DNA of 48,808 nucleotides from positions 1 to 48,808 of the forward strand of contig JBNKQE010000001.1 of NCBI GenBank assembly GCA_050295715.1, given 5' to 3'. The position numbers and the translations under genes were made by a program. The notes beneath the pieces were generated by a model that worked only from the letters and a program-made list of their open reading frames with translations, was not told the DNA's origin and ran no database searches. Each line of letters opens with the position of its first letter. Within the stretch, counting starts at the first letter, position 1. Origin of the DNA: Leptospirales bacterium (GTDB lineage: Bacteria > Spirochaetota > Leptospiria > Leptospirales > Leptonemataceae). Positions 18,784-28,774 of the stretch are shown one piece after another.

Positions 18784-19602
18784 TTATTCATTGGGAGTTG
18801 AGAAATTATCTTTCCAGAATCTTGTATCCGGTAGCTCCTGAATATGCACATTGGAAAGCGATTTCAGCAGTGAATCTTTGAGTCCCGCATACTTATAATC
18901 AAGTTCCAGCAAGAGATCTTTTATTTCTTTTCGCTTAAAACCACTATCAGCCTCACAAAAACTGCATGTGACTGTCTCCAGATTCAGCAGATTTGCATAT
19001 TCTCGAATTTCATCTTCGCGGCAGAGGTAAAGGGGCCGAATTACATGAATGTTATTTTTCCTCGAGAGATAATGAGGGGACATACTCCCAAGCTTACCGG
19101 CAAAAAAGGCATTCAATAAAAAGGTTTCCATCAAATCATCACCGTGATGGCCCAGAGCCAGTTTGTTGCAGTTATTTTCGGTAGCCAGGCGGTAGAGAAC
19201 TCCTCTTCTCAGCCTTCCACAAACGGCACAGGGCGTATCACCCGGTTTCGATAATCTCTCAATGGCTTCATGTATCTCCTGCCGTTCAATTACGAAAGGA
19301 ATTTCAAGCTCTTCCAGCAACCCTCTTACCCTGGAGGCTCCCTCGTTAAACGGTCCCCCTTGATCCACATGAGCAGCCAGGATTTCAAATGATACCGGAG
19401 CTTTTCTTTGAAACTCCTTAAGATATCTCAATAAGATCAGACTATCTTTACCACCGCTCACAGCAATAAGTATTCGATCTCCTTCTCCGATCAGGTTACA
19501 TTTATCAATGGCCTGCCCTATTTTACGATTGATAGAGTTGTAAATCTTTTTCTTTCGATGATCTGATTTATTATTATCAGCGGTTATCTCATCCCGACTC
19601 AA
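18784..19602 (-). CDS. ttcA: PP-loop ATPase, tRNA 2-thiocytidine synthase TtcA-like
   Basis: SGGKDS PP-loop and CxxC motifs (CAVCGRLRR, CSFCE). 272 aa. Confidence 0.85.
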   Translation of the reverse strand: MSRDEITADNNKSDHRKKKIYNSINRKIGQAIDKCNLIGEGDRILIAVSGGKDSLILLRYLKEFQRKAPVSFEILAAHVDQGGPFNEGASRVRGLLEELEIPFVIERQEIHEAIERLSKPGDTPCAVCGRLRRGVLYRLATENNCNKLALGHHGDDLMETFLLNAFFAGKLGSMSPHYLSRKNNIHVIRPLYLCREDEIREYANLLNLETVTCSFCEADSGFKRKEIKDLLLELDYKYAGLKDSLLKSLSNVHIQELPDTRFWKDNFSTPNE

Positions 19603-20129
19603 CTATCCTGCTCTCCCGGATTGATTTTCTGTACGGATAAATTCATATAAGCGCGTCCCAGATATGTCTTCTTTTTAATGTGTTTCAGAAAGAAGATCAC
19701 AGAATAGTTACGATACCGATTCATATCAAGCGGCATTATCTTATGATCGCACTCAATAGAGGAAACCATTTGCCAGCCAAGATCCGCTTCAAGCATTTCA
19801 ATTTGTATAGCTTCAAAAAAAACACTGACCGCTCTTGAAATAATCGCTTTCGCATCAACTCTTCCGGTCAACTGGTCTCGATAATGACTTACAAGCAAGG
19901 GCAATATTTTCAAACGCGTATATCCGTCAAATCCCAGATAAAGTGCACCGGATATGACTCCGTCAAAATGAATCATGTTGCAGCTTTCGTAACAAAGACC
20001 TTCATTTCTTGTTGGCCCGTATGCTTCTATTGTAGCTTCAATTCCCAGATCCTGTGTTAGATAATCTTCAAAACTTCGCATAAATATGATAAGAAGTCTT
20101 TCATCCAGTAACTCACTCATGCGCCGCAA
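19599..20129 (-). CDS. Hypothetical protein, possibly CheX-like fold
   Basis: 176 aa. Its stop overlaps the ttcA start (ATGA). The segment MIHFDGVISGALYLGF resembles the CheX-like phosphatase fold, but the assignment is weak. Confidence 0.55.
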   Translation of the reverse strand: MRRMSELLDERLLIIFMRSFEDYLTQDLGIEATIEAYGPTRNEGLCYESCNMIHFDGVISGALYLGFDGYTRLKILPLLVSHYRDQLTGRVDAKAIISRAVSVFFEAIQIEMLEADLGWQMVSSIECDHKIMPLDMNRYRNYSVIFFLKHIKKKTYLGRAYMNLSVQKINPGEQDS

Positions 20130-20149
20130 ATCTCCTTATCTGTAAATAC

Positions 20150-21568
20150 CTACGAAGCACTAACCTTTCGCATCCGTGGGAATTGAAGTACACCTGATTG
20201 ACTTCGATAGACAAGCATCAAATCAGAATGATCGGAACACTCTTCAAGTGCAAGTCCGGCCTGCCGGAACCACGAGTCGGAATCGGCAATATCGAGTGTC
20301 AGTACACAGGCACCTGTACTGAATACAATCCTTCCGGATTGAGAGAGATTGATTCTATATTTGTCAACAAGATTGGCCATTCCGCTTTCACCGGGATCAG
20401 GTCCCATTACTGCAAATACATCACATGCAATTCGATACAAACGGAATTCACGTGGAAATGAGGAGCGAAGTATCATACCGGGAATACTCATATTCTCGGC
20501 ATCACAACCATCGCTGAATTTTATTAATAATAGAACCGGAGGCTGACGAAAGCTCTCCCTTTTAAAAACAGTATCACCAAGATCTGTATGAAATTGCATT
20601 CCATTATAAAGGGTTGAGACAGGATCCTTTGTGAATTGTTCGTAAGCTCGAGCTTGATAGAGAAATTCACCATATTTGCGAATATCATTCCATGCACGGT
20701 CTATATGAGTCTGATTGAACATGGGTGCGGAGGAATAAACAGCCAGTGCTCCCAGGTTACCGGCAGAACTGAACAAAGGAAGATAAAGAGTATGTCCTTC
20801 ATTATCCAGAACGGGAATTTCAGCCGATAACCGACCAACAATGTACTCTGGCATTTTTTTTTGAATAGCTTCGCCTGATATATATACAGATCCCTTTCGC
20901 TGAAGTATCGGATGATACTCCTGTCTTTGATTTATGAGGTATAGAGTTACTCTCTCTTCACGAAATCCCCAGTTTTCTGTTGCATCAAGGAGACTTCTAC
21001 AATATGCTTCCACGTCAGAAAAAACCATACCATTTGAAGGAAGATCTTCAAATCGGTATGTATAATGATTGAATAAAGTGCCTTTTTTATATGAGTGTTG
21101 ATATTGCTCGGCAGGTGTATTTATATCACTGCTGTCTATGATAACAGGTCGGATGGATAAAAAACCAGGAAGAGCCCATCGCTCCTGTTCGAGAAAAATA
21201 TCCCGGGAATCGTTCATAATATGTCGATTACGATTAGCACGTTCTTTTTGGGAACCGGCAGCCTCTGTATCATTGATTACAAAATTTGAGCCCTTGTTTT
21301 TCGAGGTTTTACTATTGTTGCGAAGACTATCTACTCGATGAGTTGTATGTACAGATCGTTTCTTTAACTGTTGTTTATTGTAACTTCTGAGTATATAATA
21401 GATTCCAAGTATAACAAAATATATCGCCACCAATATGAATAATATCTCTTTTAATCTTCCAGCTGGAATATTACCGGTATAAGGAACAGAATCAATATTT
21501 TGCGCACTCAAAGGATACAACCAGAGTAATTGAAATATTGAAAGTATTCCTATGATAATTTTTTTCAT
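20150..21568 (-). CDS. Membrane-anchored protein with a degenerate (inactive) GGDEF-like C-terminal domain
   Basis: Signal/TM segment MKKIIIGILSIFQLLWLYPLSA plus a second TM helix. The C-terminus is colinear with the GGDEF fold (DPVSTLYNGMQF...LLLIKFSD...YRIACDVFAVM...STGAC...AGLALEEC), but the GGDEF motif is replaced by IACDV and there is no RxxD site. Confidence 0.7.
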   Translation of the reverse strand: MKKIIIGILSIFQLLWLYPLSAQNIDSVPYTGNIPAGRLKEILFILVAIYFVILGIYYILRSYNKQQLKKRSVHTTHRVDSLRNNSKTSKNKGSNFVINDTEAAGSQKERANRNRHIMNDSRDIFLEQERWALPGFLSIRPVIIDSSDINTPAEQYQHSYKKGTLFNHYTYRFEDLPSNGMVFSDVEAYCRSLLDATENWGFREERVTLYLINQRQEYHPILQRKGSVYISGEAIQKKMPEYIVGRLSAEIPVLDNEGHTLYLPLFSSAGNLGALAVYSSAPMFNQTHIDRAWNDIRKYGEFLYQARAYEQFTKDPVSTLYNGMQFHTDLGDTVFKRESFRQPPVLLLIKFSDGCDAENMSIPGMILRSSFPREFRLYRIACDVFAVMGPDPGESGMANLVDKYRINLSQSGRIVFSTGACVLTLDIADSDSWFRQAGLALEECSDHSDLMLVYRSQSGVLQFPRMRKVSAS

Positions 21569-21897
21569 ATAATCACCGCTATTATAACAGTAAGCTGAAC
21601 ATATAGATTAGCGATTTCCGTAAATCTATGTTCAAGCAGGCCTCTGACTCCTCGTATAATTATTGGGGACGAGTCAGAATTTGTAAGCAAAATATCCCTG
21701 CTCTTATTAACGGATACTCCGGAAAAAACGCTGATAAAAAACTGGCACAAACATTTATTTTTAAGGTTCTTCTGAATCTGAGACGCCCTGCCTGTAAATC
21801 TCCGGACAAATATATGTTCCATCTGCTGCACATTTGCTACCTTGTACAGTGGAGTAAGAGAATTTAACACAAGAAGTCTGCTGAAGATTTTTTCCAA
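21565..21897 (-). CDS. Small hypothetical protein (doubtful)
   Basis: 110-aa ORF whose TGA overlaps the ATG of the downstream gene (ATGA). No recognisable motif. An alternative ORF exists on the opposite strand. Confidence 0.3.
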   Translation of the reverse strand: MEKIFSRLLVLNSLTPLYKVANVQQMEHIFVRRFTGRASQIQKNLKNKCLCQFFISVFSGVSVNKSRDILLTNSDSSPIIIRGVRGLLEHRFTEIANLYVQLTVIIAVII

Positions 21898-21967
21898 TTG
21901 TTTTAGCCTGTACTCCGGAGAAACAGAATATTTCTCAAATTACAAGAAGTGGCAGGAAGTAAGCTGG

Positions 21968-22861
21968 ATGAATAATTATAAGCAGAAATTTATTACATTT
22001 CTCTCTCTCTTACTTATTATCAATTTTAGTATTCGCAGCGAAACTAAAAATAATTTTCAGAGGAAATACAGTACCCCTGTGGGTTACTTCCCGGGAGATC
22101 CTCTCCAGGATCATGTTGTATATTTGACCTTTGATGATGGACCTGCAGATTGGACTCCCGAATTGCTTTCAATATTGAAAAAATATAATATAAAGGCAAC
22201 ATTCTTTCTCTCGGGAGGGTATCGATCAAAATATGACGGTAAGCTGAAAAATAAATTACTGCTCCACAACGATACAATCAAACGTATGGTTAAGGATGGT
22301 CATGTAATTGGAAATCATAGCGCTTCTCATCGAAAATTTACAGGAGTAACAGAGTCCGAAATTCTATTCGATTTAAGAAAAAATCAGGAATTTCTATATG
22401 ATGTACTCGGTATACAGACTCCTCGCATGACGTTGATTCGCCCTCCGTGGGGATATCCCTGGCTCGGAGATGGATCGCCTGAAGAGCATGTAATCGCCGC
22501 TCGAGCTGTTGCAAAACTCGGACTCGTCATCCTGTGGTCAAAACACTTTAACTCCCTCGACTCAAAGGAGTGGGTCAAAGGAGACTGGTTTGAAGAGAAT
22601 CCCAGGGTAGAAATTTCCGAAGAGGAATTTCAACAGAAAATGGAGCAAACTTATCATCGCTTGATAAAAAAATCTAACGGACAGGGTATGGTTGTCCTGT
22701 TTCACGACACCCATCTGACGACTGTAAAAATTCTCCCAAGAATAATTGAAGAGCTTCAAAGACGGAAATATACTTTCGCCACTATGGAAGACTATGTTGT
22801 ATGGCGATGGAATATGTCGAGTTTTCAAATCTTAAAATCACGTTCAACTCCAGCGAAATAA
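21968..22861 (+). CDS. Polysaccharide deacetylase (NodB homology domain), secreted
   Basis: TFDDGP and GNHSASH motifs. Signal-like MNNYKQKFITFLSLLLIINFSIRS from ATG 21968, preferred over the ORF-track start at 21842. Confidence 0.9.
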   Translation: MNNYKQKFITFLSLLLIINFSIRSETKNNFQRKYSTPVGYFPGDPLQDHVVYLTFDDGPADWTPELLSILKKYNIKATFFLSGGYRSKYDGKLKNKLLLHNDTIKRMVKDGHVIGNHSASHRKFTGVTESEILFDLRKNQEFLYDVLGIQTPRMTLIRPPWGYPWLGDGSPEEHVIAARAVAKLGLVILWSKHFNSLDSKEWVKGDWFEENPRVEISEEEFQQKMEQTYHRLIKKSNGQGMVVLFHDTHLTTVKILPRIIEELQRRKYTFATMEDYVVWRWNMSSFQILKSRSTPAK

Positions 22862-23884
22862 CTTTAAACCGGCCAGAAATGTAGCACCGCCTGTTGCAAA
22901 AAGTATAGCAGACGGAACCAGGACTTCTTCAATTCCGACACCCTCAAGAAATATGGCGCGCAGTGAATCGGTCAAAAGCGTCAGCGGAAGATATCGAATC
23001 ACTTCCACAGCCCAGGATGGAAAATTTTCATAACTAAAAAATATCCCGGAAAGCAGCATCATAGGTATGCTGACAGCATTTATTAATCCATTTCCAATTC
23101 TTGAATTATCCGTTCTCGACCCGATTCCGATTGCAATTCCATTAAATGCAAAATTTCCTGCTAAAAATACAATTAAAAGTTCCGTTACGGATCCGGAAAA
23201 CGGAAGATCAAACATGAAGCTGGCGAAAATCCATAAAAAAGAGAATTCCAGACTACTTAATAAAAGACGTGTCAAAATATGACCGAAAAAGAACTCCCAT
23301 TTTCGCATTGGTGTCGCTGACATCCGGCGCAAAAGTTTCTTCATTCGATACTCTATTAATGTCCAGCCGGATCCCCAGAGTGCCGCATTCATTATTCCCA
23401 TTGCCAGAAGGCCGGGTATGAGAAAATCTATATATCTCTGCCCTGTTGCTTTCAATGCAATTATATCTTCCTCTCCATCGTTTTGCAGCTGTTTCTTAAA
23501 TATCATATAGGCTAAATGCGATTGTTCATTAACAGGATCAAAACTATATTGAAATTCGTCTATCTTTACTCCTCCCGTAATATAGAATGATATACGTCCC
23601 TTCTGCATCAAACGATTGGCTTCATTTTTTGTTTTTACAAATTGAATTCTAAACTGATCCCTGTCTACATCGCGCAGAGAATCCTCCAGTTGAGGCGTGC
23701 TTCTATCATCCAGCACAACGGCAATCGTATAGCCCCTGGAGCCCTCACCGGAAAACGCACCGCCCAGAACAACCGTCATAAGTAAAGGAAATCCCAGGGC
23801 CCAGAAAAGAACGCCCGGATCGCGAATAAATTCTTTTACCTGAATGGAGAATATTTGTAAAATCGGAGTTTTGAATAATTTCAT
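22844..23884 (-). CDS. ABC-2 type transporter permease
   Basis: 346 aa with an N-terminal TM helix, a large loop and five C-terminal TM helices, typical of ABC-2 permeases. Downstream of the ATPase gene. Confidence 0.85.
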   Translation of the reverse strand: MKLFKTPILQIFSIQVKEFIRDPGVLFWALGFPLLMTVVLGGAFSGEGSRGYTIAVVLDDRSTPQLEDSLRDVDRDQFRIQFVKTKNEANRLMQKGRISFYITGGVKIDEFQYSFDPVNEQSHLAYMIFKKQLQNDGEEDIIALKATGQRYIDFLIPGLLAMGIMNAALWGSGWTLIEYRMKKLLRRMSATPMRKWEFFFGHILTRLLLSSLEFSFLWIFASFMFDLPFSGSVTELLIVFLAGNFAFNGIAIGIGSRTDNSRIGNGLINAVSIPMMLLSGIFFSYENFPSWAVEVIRYLPLTLLTDSLRAIFLEGVGIEEVLVPSAILFATGGATFLAGLKLFRWS

Positions 23885-23920
23885 TATTATTATACCGGTC
23901 CAGGAATGTCTGTATGAATA

Positions 23921-24916
23921 TTAACCTTTCTGTGAAATTGTAGTATTTTCGCCACGCAATCTTTTTCCGGTAAGCCGCAAGAAGAGATCATCCAGGTTTA
24001 CACTGCGACACTCCAGACCCTGTATCTCCACTCCATTGTTTTCCATAATCTTAAAAAAATCGGGAAGAGCCTTTTTCATATCCTTGACCATAATACGGCC
24101 TGAGTGAGCACCGGGGTTCCATGTATAATTTATCATTCCACTCACTTCTTCCGCTTTTATTTCCGGGTGATCCTGTGATGCTTTATATTCAATCACATCA
24201 AACACATCACTTGTTCGCAATAGCTCTTCTTTTTGTCCACCTGCAATGATTTTTCCATTATGCATAAACAAAATCCTGTCGCAGAGATATTCAGCTTCTT
24301 CCATGTAATGAGTTGTAATTATAAGTGTTATTCCATTTCTCTTCAACGACATGAGAATATCCCAGATCTCCCTTCGCGCACCAGGATCAAGACCGGTTGT
24401 TGGTTCATCCAGTAATAATAGCTCCGGTCTATTGATTAGAGAGACTCCCAGTGCAAGCTTCTGTCGCTGTCCCCCTGAAAGATTGTTTACATACGATTTT
24501 CGCTTTTCAGTAAGATTTATCTGTTCCAGGATTTCGTTATTTGAAAGACGCGATGACCCATAAAAACTTCCGAAAAGATCAAGAATTTCATCGACTGTTA
24601 CCTTTTCTAGAAAACGTGTCTCCTGAAGGGCAATACCAATTCTCTTTCGTATACTGTGTTCTTTATTTTTCCACTCCAATCCGAATAATTTGATATGTCC
24701 ATCGTCCGGTTTTTGTATTCCCTCAATCATTTCCATCAGCGTTGTTTTTCCGGCGCCGTTAGGACCGAGTAATGCTACAAATTCTCCACGATTTATTACA
24801 AATTCGAGTTGATCAACAGCGCGAAGACTTTTAAAACTTTTTGAGATTGAAAAAACTTCAACTACGGGACTTTCTGAAATGCTACTGTTTGAGGAAGTGG
24901 GAAAATCGGAATTCAT
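23921..24916 (-). CDS. ABC transporter ATP-binding protein (DrrA-like, with C-terminal extension)
   Basis: Walker A GPNGAGKTT, signature LSGGQRQK, Walker B LLLLDEPT, H-loop TTHYM. Confidence 0.95.
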   Translation of the reverse strand: MNSDFPTSSNSSISESPVVEVFSISKSFKSLRAVDQLEFVINRGEFVALLGPNGAGKTTLMEMIEGIQKPDDGHIKLFGLEWKNKEHSIRKRIGIALQETRFLEKVTVDEILDLFGSFYGSSRLSNNEILEQINLTEKRKSYVNNLSGGQRQKLALGVSLINRPELLLLDEPTTGLDPGARREIWDILMSLKRNGITLIITTHYMEEAEYLCDRILFMHNGKIIAGGQKEELLRTSDVFDVIEYKASQDHPEIKAEEVSGMINYTWNPGAHSGRIMVKDMKKALPDFFKIMENNGVEIQGLECRSVNLDDLFLRLTGKRLRGENTTISQKG

Positions 24917-25053
24917 AGTCCTTATATAGGACTTTCGGATAAAATATTACAATCACTTTCTGAATCATGCGTCGGATAGCCGAGAGAAACAGGCGATCAC
25001 AGGTTGAAAAAGAGAAAAATACTGAAGATGACAGAGAGAAAAAACAAAGGATC

Positions 25054-25137
<84 letters not shown>

Positions 25138-25319
25138 GGATTAACCTTATGATTGTCATAATTATTTGATTCGAATTCGGGTCGAGTCTTTTTCTAATGG
25201 AGTGACTCAAAATCATTCAATCCGTAAAAACTGCCCCGGTGGTTTTTATTAAAACACAGCTTCAAAAAGCAGACATAATATTTCTTGACCGTAAATCAAT
25301 AAAGCTGCATCGATCAGGT

Positions 25320-26786
25320 ATGCTGGATAAAAACCTCTCCGAAAAACTTTTTTCTCATGGAACCAACCGTCCCGGTGATCTTATGATCTCCGTTTCGGGT
25401 ATTCGCGGAACAATTCCAGGCGGCCTTGATCCACTCAACATTGTACTTTTTACAATGGCATTCGCACGAATTACAGGTAAAAAAATAATTCTGGCCAATG
25501 ACGCAAGGGCTACCGGACCGTTTATGAAGCAACTGATATCGGGAACCCTGATGGCGGCCGGCAAAGAGGTGATTGATATTGGTCTTGCTCCAACTCCAAC
25601 CGCCAAAGCAGCCGTCAAGTCCTGGAAGGCGGATGCCGGGATTATGATTTCAGCCAGCCACAATCCTCCTGAATGGAATGCATTCAAGTTTATTGACAGG
25701 GGTGGTTTTTTCTTCGATAAAAACCGAATAGAAGAGATCAAGGCAGTATTGAAATCAGGAGAGGCTTACAATACTACTGTGAATTATAAAAAGACCGGAT
25801 CAATAAAAACCGGTCATGGAATTCAGAGTCATATAATGTCAATTATGGACTCCATCCCGAATGTAAAAGCAATTAAGAAAATGAGATACCGGGTTGTTGT
25901 GGATGCTGTCGGCGGAGCCGGTCGAGAAGGACTTCCTGAGCTTCTTCGGGCCCTGGGCTGTGAGGTTACCGGTCTTTTTTGCGATCCACATCCAGGCGGG
26001 ACCTTTCCAAGGCCTCCCGAACCCACTCCAGCTTCACTCAAGAAGTTTGACTCCCTTCTCCGCTCTTCCGGTTATGCAGCCGGTTTTGCACTGGATCCGG
26101 ATGCTGATCGACTTGTCATTGGGTCAAAAGAGAGGGGCTGCATCAATGAAGAGTATACGGTTCCCCTCGCCATGCTTGGATTACTCGGCGCTGATTCACT
26201 CCATCAAATTTCAGGAAATAAGATCAAAAACTCAAACCATAAAACTCCTCAAAAGGGAACCGTCGTTGTAAACCTTTCCACAGCCAATCTTGTTGATGAT
26301 CTGGCATCCAGAGTTGGATGGAAAGTTGTCCGTTCAGCAGTTGGAGAGGCAAATGTTGTTGAGAAAATGAAGAAGGTAAAAGCCATTTACGGGGGAGAGG
26401 GCAATGGTGGAGTGATTCATCCACGTATTCCTTCTTACGGAAGAGATTCACTGGTTGGTGCAGCCTTAATCCTTTCGGCAATGACCACTCTGGGCTGTAA
26501 GAGTGTAGATGAGCTTATGGAGTTACTGCCGCCGCTCTTTATGCAAAAAACTAAATTCCCGACTGGCGGAAAACAACTCAGTGCGTTACTAAATCAGCTG
26601 AAGAAGTCATTTCCTGATGCTGTAGTTAATGAAGAAGACGGGCTTTATCTCTCATTCCCGGATGGATCCTGGGTTCATACAAGGGCCAGTAACACAGAAC
26701 CAATCATTCGTGTCATTGCTCAGGCCCCCAACAAAAAAGAACTTAAGAGCCTGATTCAGAAAATTCAGAATATTCTTCATACATGA
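25320..26786 (+). CDS. glmM: Phosphohexomutase, phosphoglucosamine mutase-like
   Basis: Active-site loop ISASHNPPEWNAFKF, metal loop ALDPDADR, sugar-binding GGEGNGG. ATG at 25320 preferred over the ORF-track GTG at 25239. Adjacent to glmS. Confidence 0.8.
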   Translation: MLDKNLSEKLFSHGTNRPGDLMISVSGIRGTIPGGLDPLNIVLFTMAFARITGKKIILANDARATGPFMKQLISGTLMAAGKEVIDIGLAPTPTAKAAVKSWKADAGIMISASHNPPEWNAFKFIDRGGFFFDKNRIEEIKAVLKSGEAYNTTVNYKKTGSIKTGHGIQSHIMSIMDSIPNVKAIKKMRYRVVVDAVGGAGREGLPELLRALGCEVTGLFCDPHPGGTFPRPPEPTPASLKKFDSLLRSSGYAAGFALDPDADRLVIGSKERGCINEEYTVPLAMLGLLGADSLHQISGNKIKNSNHKTPQKGTVVVNLSTANLVDDLASRVGWKVVRSAVGEANVVEKMKKVKAIYGGEGNGGVIHPRIPSYGRDSLVGAALILSAMTTLGCKSVDELMELLPPLFMQKTKFPTGGKQLSALLNQLKKSFPDAVVNEEDGLYLSFPDGSWVHTRASNTEPIIRVIAQAPNKKELKSLIQKIQNILHT

Positions 26787-26877
26787 TGCCTCCGGGGTTG
26801 AAATACCTGGATTGCAGAAAGTTCGAATATAGATTTCCTTGTTGAAATTAAAGACCGGGTCACAATCTTTGTGTGTT

Positions 26878-28710
26878 ATGTGTGGAATAGTTGCCTATAT
26901 CGGCAAAAAATCTGTAGATTCAGTCCTGATTGTGGGACTGACAAGACTGGAATACCGGGGTTATGACTCAGCAGGGATTGCTGTTATTGATCGCGGTGAA
27001 CTGGTTATCCGCAAAGAGAAGGGAAAGATCAAGGATCTTGAAAACCTTCTGCAAGTACAGCCCATAGAGGGTTCCATGGGAATTGGCCACACTCGCTGGG
27101 CGACTCATGGGGCTCCCTCAAGAACCAACGCACATCCTCATATCGATTGCCGCGGAAAAATTGCAATTGTCCACAATGGAATTATTGAAAATCATCAGAC
27201 ACTCCGTTCCCAGCTTCAGGAAAAAGGTCATGTTTTCAAAACAGAGACAGACTCGGAAGTGGTTGCCCATGTTATTGAAGAAGAGATGAAATCAGGATGT
27301 CCTGTTTCAGAGGCCTTGCTTCGCACGGTAAAGCAGCTGGAAGGGAAGTATGCCTTCTCAATGGTTTATGAGGGAGATCCGGATAATATCTTCTTTGCCC
27401 GGGATGGATCTCCGCTGGTTTTCGGACGAGGTAACGAGGAGTCATTTCTCGCCAGTGATGTATCAGCCATAATCCCCGCTGCAAAAGAACAATACTCTAT
27501 TGAAAACTGTCAATGGGGATGGATCAGTAGAACCGGATTGCACCTGTTTGATGCTGCAGGCCACCCTGTCACATTTGAACTTTCAAAGATAAATATGGAT
27601 GTGGAGCAGCTGGATAAACAGGGTTACGACCACTTCATGCTCAAAGAGATCTATGAACAGCCTGATATAATGCGTCGGATAATCAGCGAAAGAATGGATG
27701 ATACAGGCAAGATCCTCTTCCCTGAAATGAAAATTCCTCTTGATATTCAGGGAAAAATCAGTCGTATTCTAATTACAAGTGCCGGAACATCCTGGCATGC
27801 AGGACTCGTTGGTCGACTGTTTCTGGAAAAATATGCAAAAGTCATGACAGAGGTCGACATTTCATCCGAGTTTCGATATCGCAATCCTATTGCAGAAGGC
27901 GATACACTGGTTATCGCAATCTCTCAAAGCGGCGAAACCGCCGATACTCTTGCAGGTATCCATGAAGCAAAATCCAAATTTATGCGGGTTCTGTCGTTTG
28001 TTAACAATCCCCACTCTACAATGGCTCGTGAATCCGATGCATTTATCAACCTGATGGCAGGTCCCGAAATCGGTGTAGCCTCTACAAAGGCCTATACGGC
28101 CCAGGTCTTGAATCTATTGTTTTTCTCTATGTTTTTATCCGGGATCAAATGGGTCATATCCAAAGAAGAACGTTTGGAGATGTTTCGAGAGATTCGACAG
28201 TTACCCGAAAAAATAGAGAAAATATTGAAAAGGGCCGACGAAATAAAAAAATGGGCCTCCGCTCTCAAAGATGCTCGAGATTTCGTTTTCCTGGGACGTA
28301 ATTTTAATCATCCAACAGCTCTGGAAGGAGCTTTAAAACTCAAAGAGATCTCATATGTACATGCATCCGGTTATGCCGGCGGTGAGTTCAAACATGGACC
28401 AATAGCTCTCATTACGGATGAAGTTCCGGTTGTGGCGATAGCTCCCATGACTGAAATTTACGAGAAAATGATTTCCAATATTGAAGAAGTAAAAGCCCGA
28501 AAAGGTATTATTTTATCCGTCTATACGGAGGGGGACGAAAAGGTTCCTGCCATGTCAGATTTCAGCTTTGCTATTCCGGAGGCGCCTGATTATCTGACAC
28601 CGATTCTTGCAGCTATTCCGCTTCAACTTCTTGCCTACTATATGGCTATTGAACGTGGCTGCGAACCTGATCAACCCAGAAACCTGGCCAAGTCGGTTAC
28701 CGTAGAGTAA
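26878..28710 (+). CDS. glmS: Glutamine--fructose-6-phosphate aminotransferase
   Basis: Ntn-type start MCGIVAYIG (ATG 26878), two SIS domains, canonical C-terminus NLAKSVTVE. Confidence 0.97.
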   Translation: MCGIVAYIGKKSVDSVLIVGLTRLEYRGYDSAGIAVIDRGELVIRKEKGKIKDLENLLQVQPIEGSMGIGHTRWATHGAPSRTNAHPHIDCRGKIAIVHNGIIENHQTLRSQLQEKGHVFKTETDSEVVAHVIEEEMKSGCPVSEALLRTVKQLEGKYAFSMVYEGDPDNIFFARDGSPLVFGRGNEESFLASDVSAIIPAAKEQYSIENCQWGWISRTGLHLFDAAGHPVTFELSKINMDVEQLDKQGYDHFMLKEIYEQPDIMRRIISERMDDTGKILFPEMKIPLDIQGKISRILITSAGTSWHAGLVGRLFLEKYAKVMTEVDISSEFRYRNPIAEGDTLVIAISQSGETADTLAGIHEAKSKFMRVLSFVNNPHSTMARESDAFINLMAGPEIGVASTKAYTAQVLNLLFFSMFLSGIKWVISKEERLEMFREIRQLPEKIEKILKRADEIKKWASALKDARDFVFLGRNFNHPTALEGALKLKEISYVHASGYAGGEFKHGPIALITDEVPVVAIAPMTEIYEKMISNIEEVKARKGIILSVYTEGDEKVPAMSDFSFAIPEAPDYLTPILAAIPLQLLAYYMAIERGCEPDQPRNLAKSVTVE

Positions 28711-28774
28711 TTTCAATTACTCAGGAATCTCACAACTTCCGACGGGTCATGTTTACCAGGAGCATTCGACTGTT

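Noticed and set aside
26787-26877. Possible glmS ribozyme upstream of glmS
   Set aside because: The gap is only 91 nt, whereas the ribozyme needs about 170 nt. I see none of the conserved core sequence. The element is characteristic of Firmicutes, not spirochaetes.
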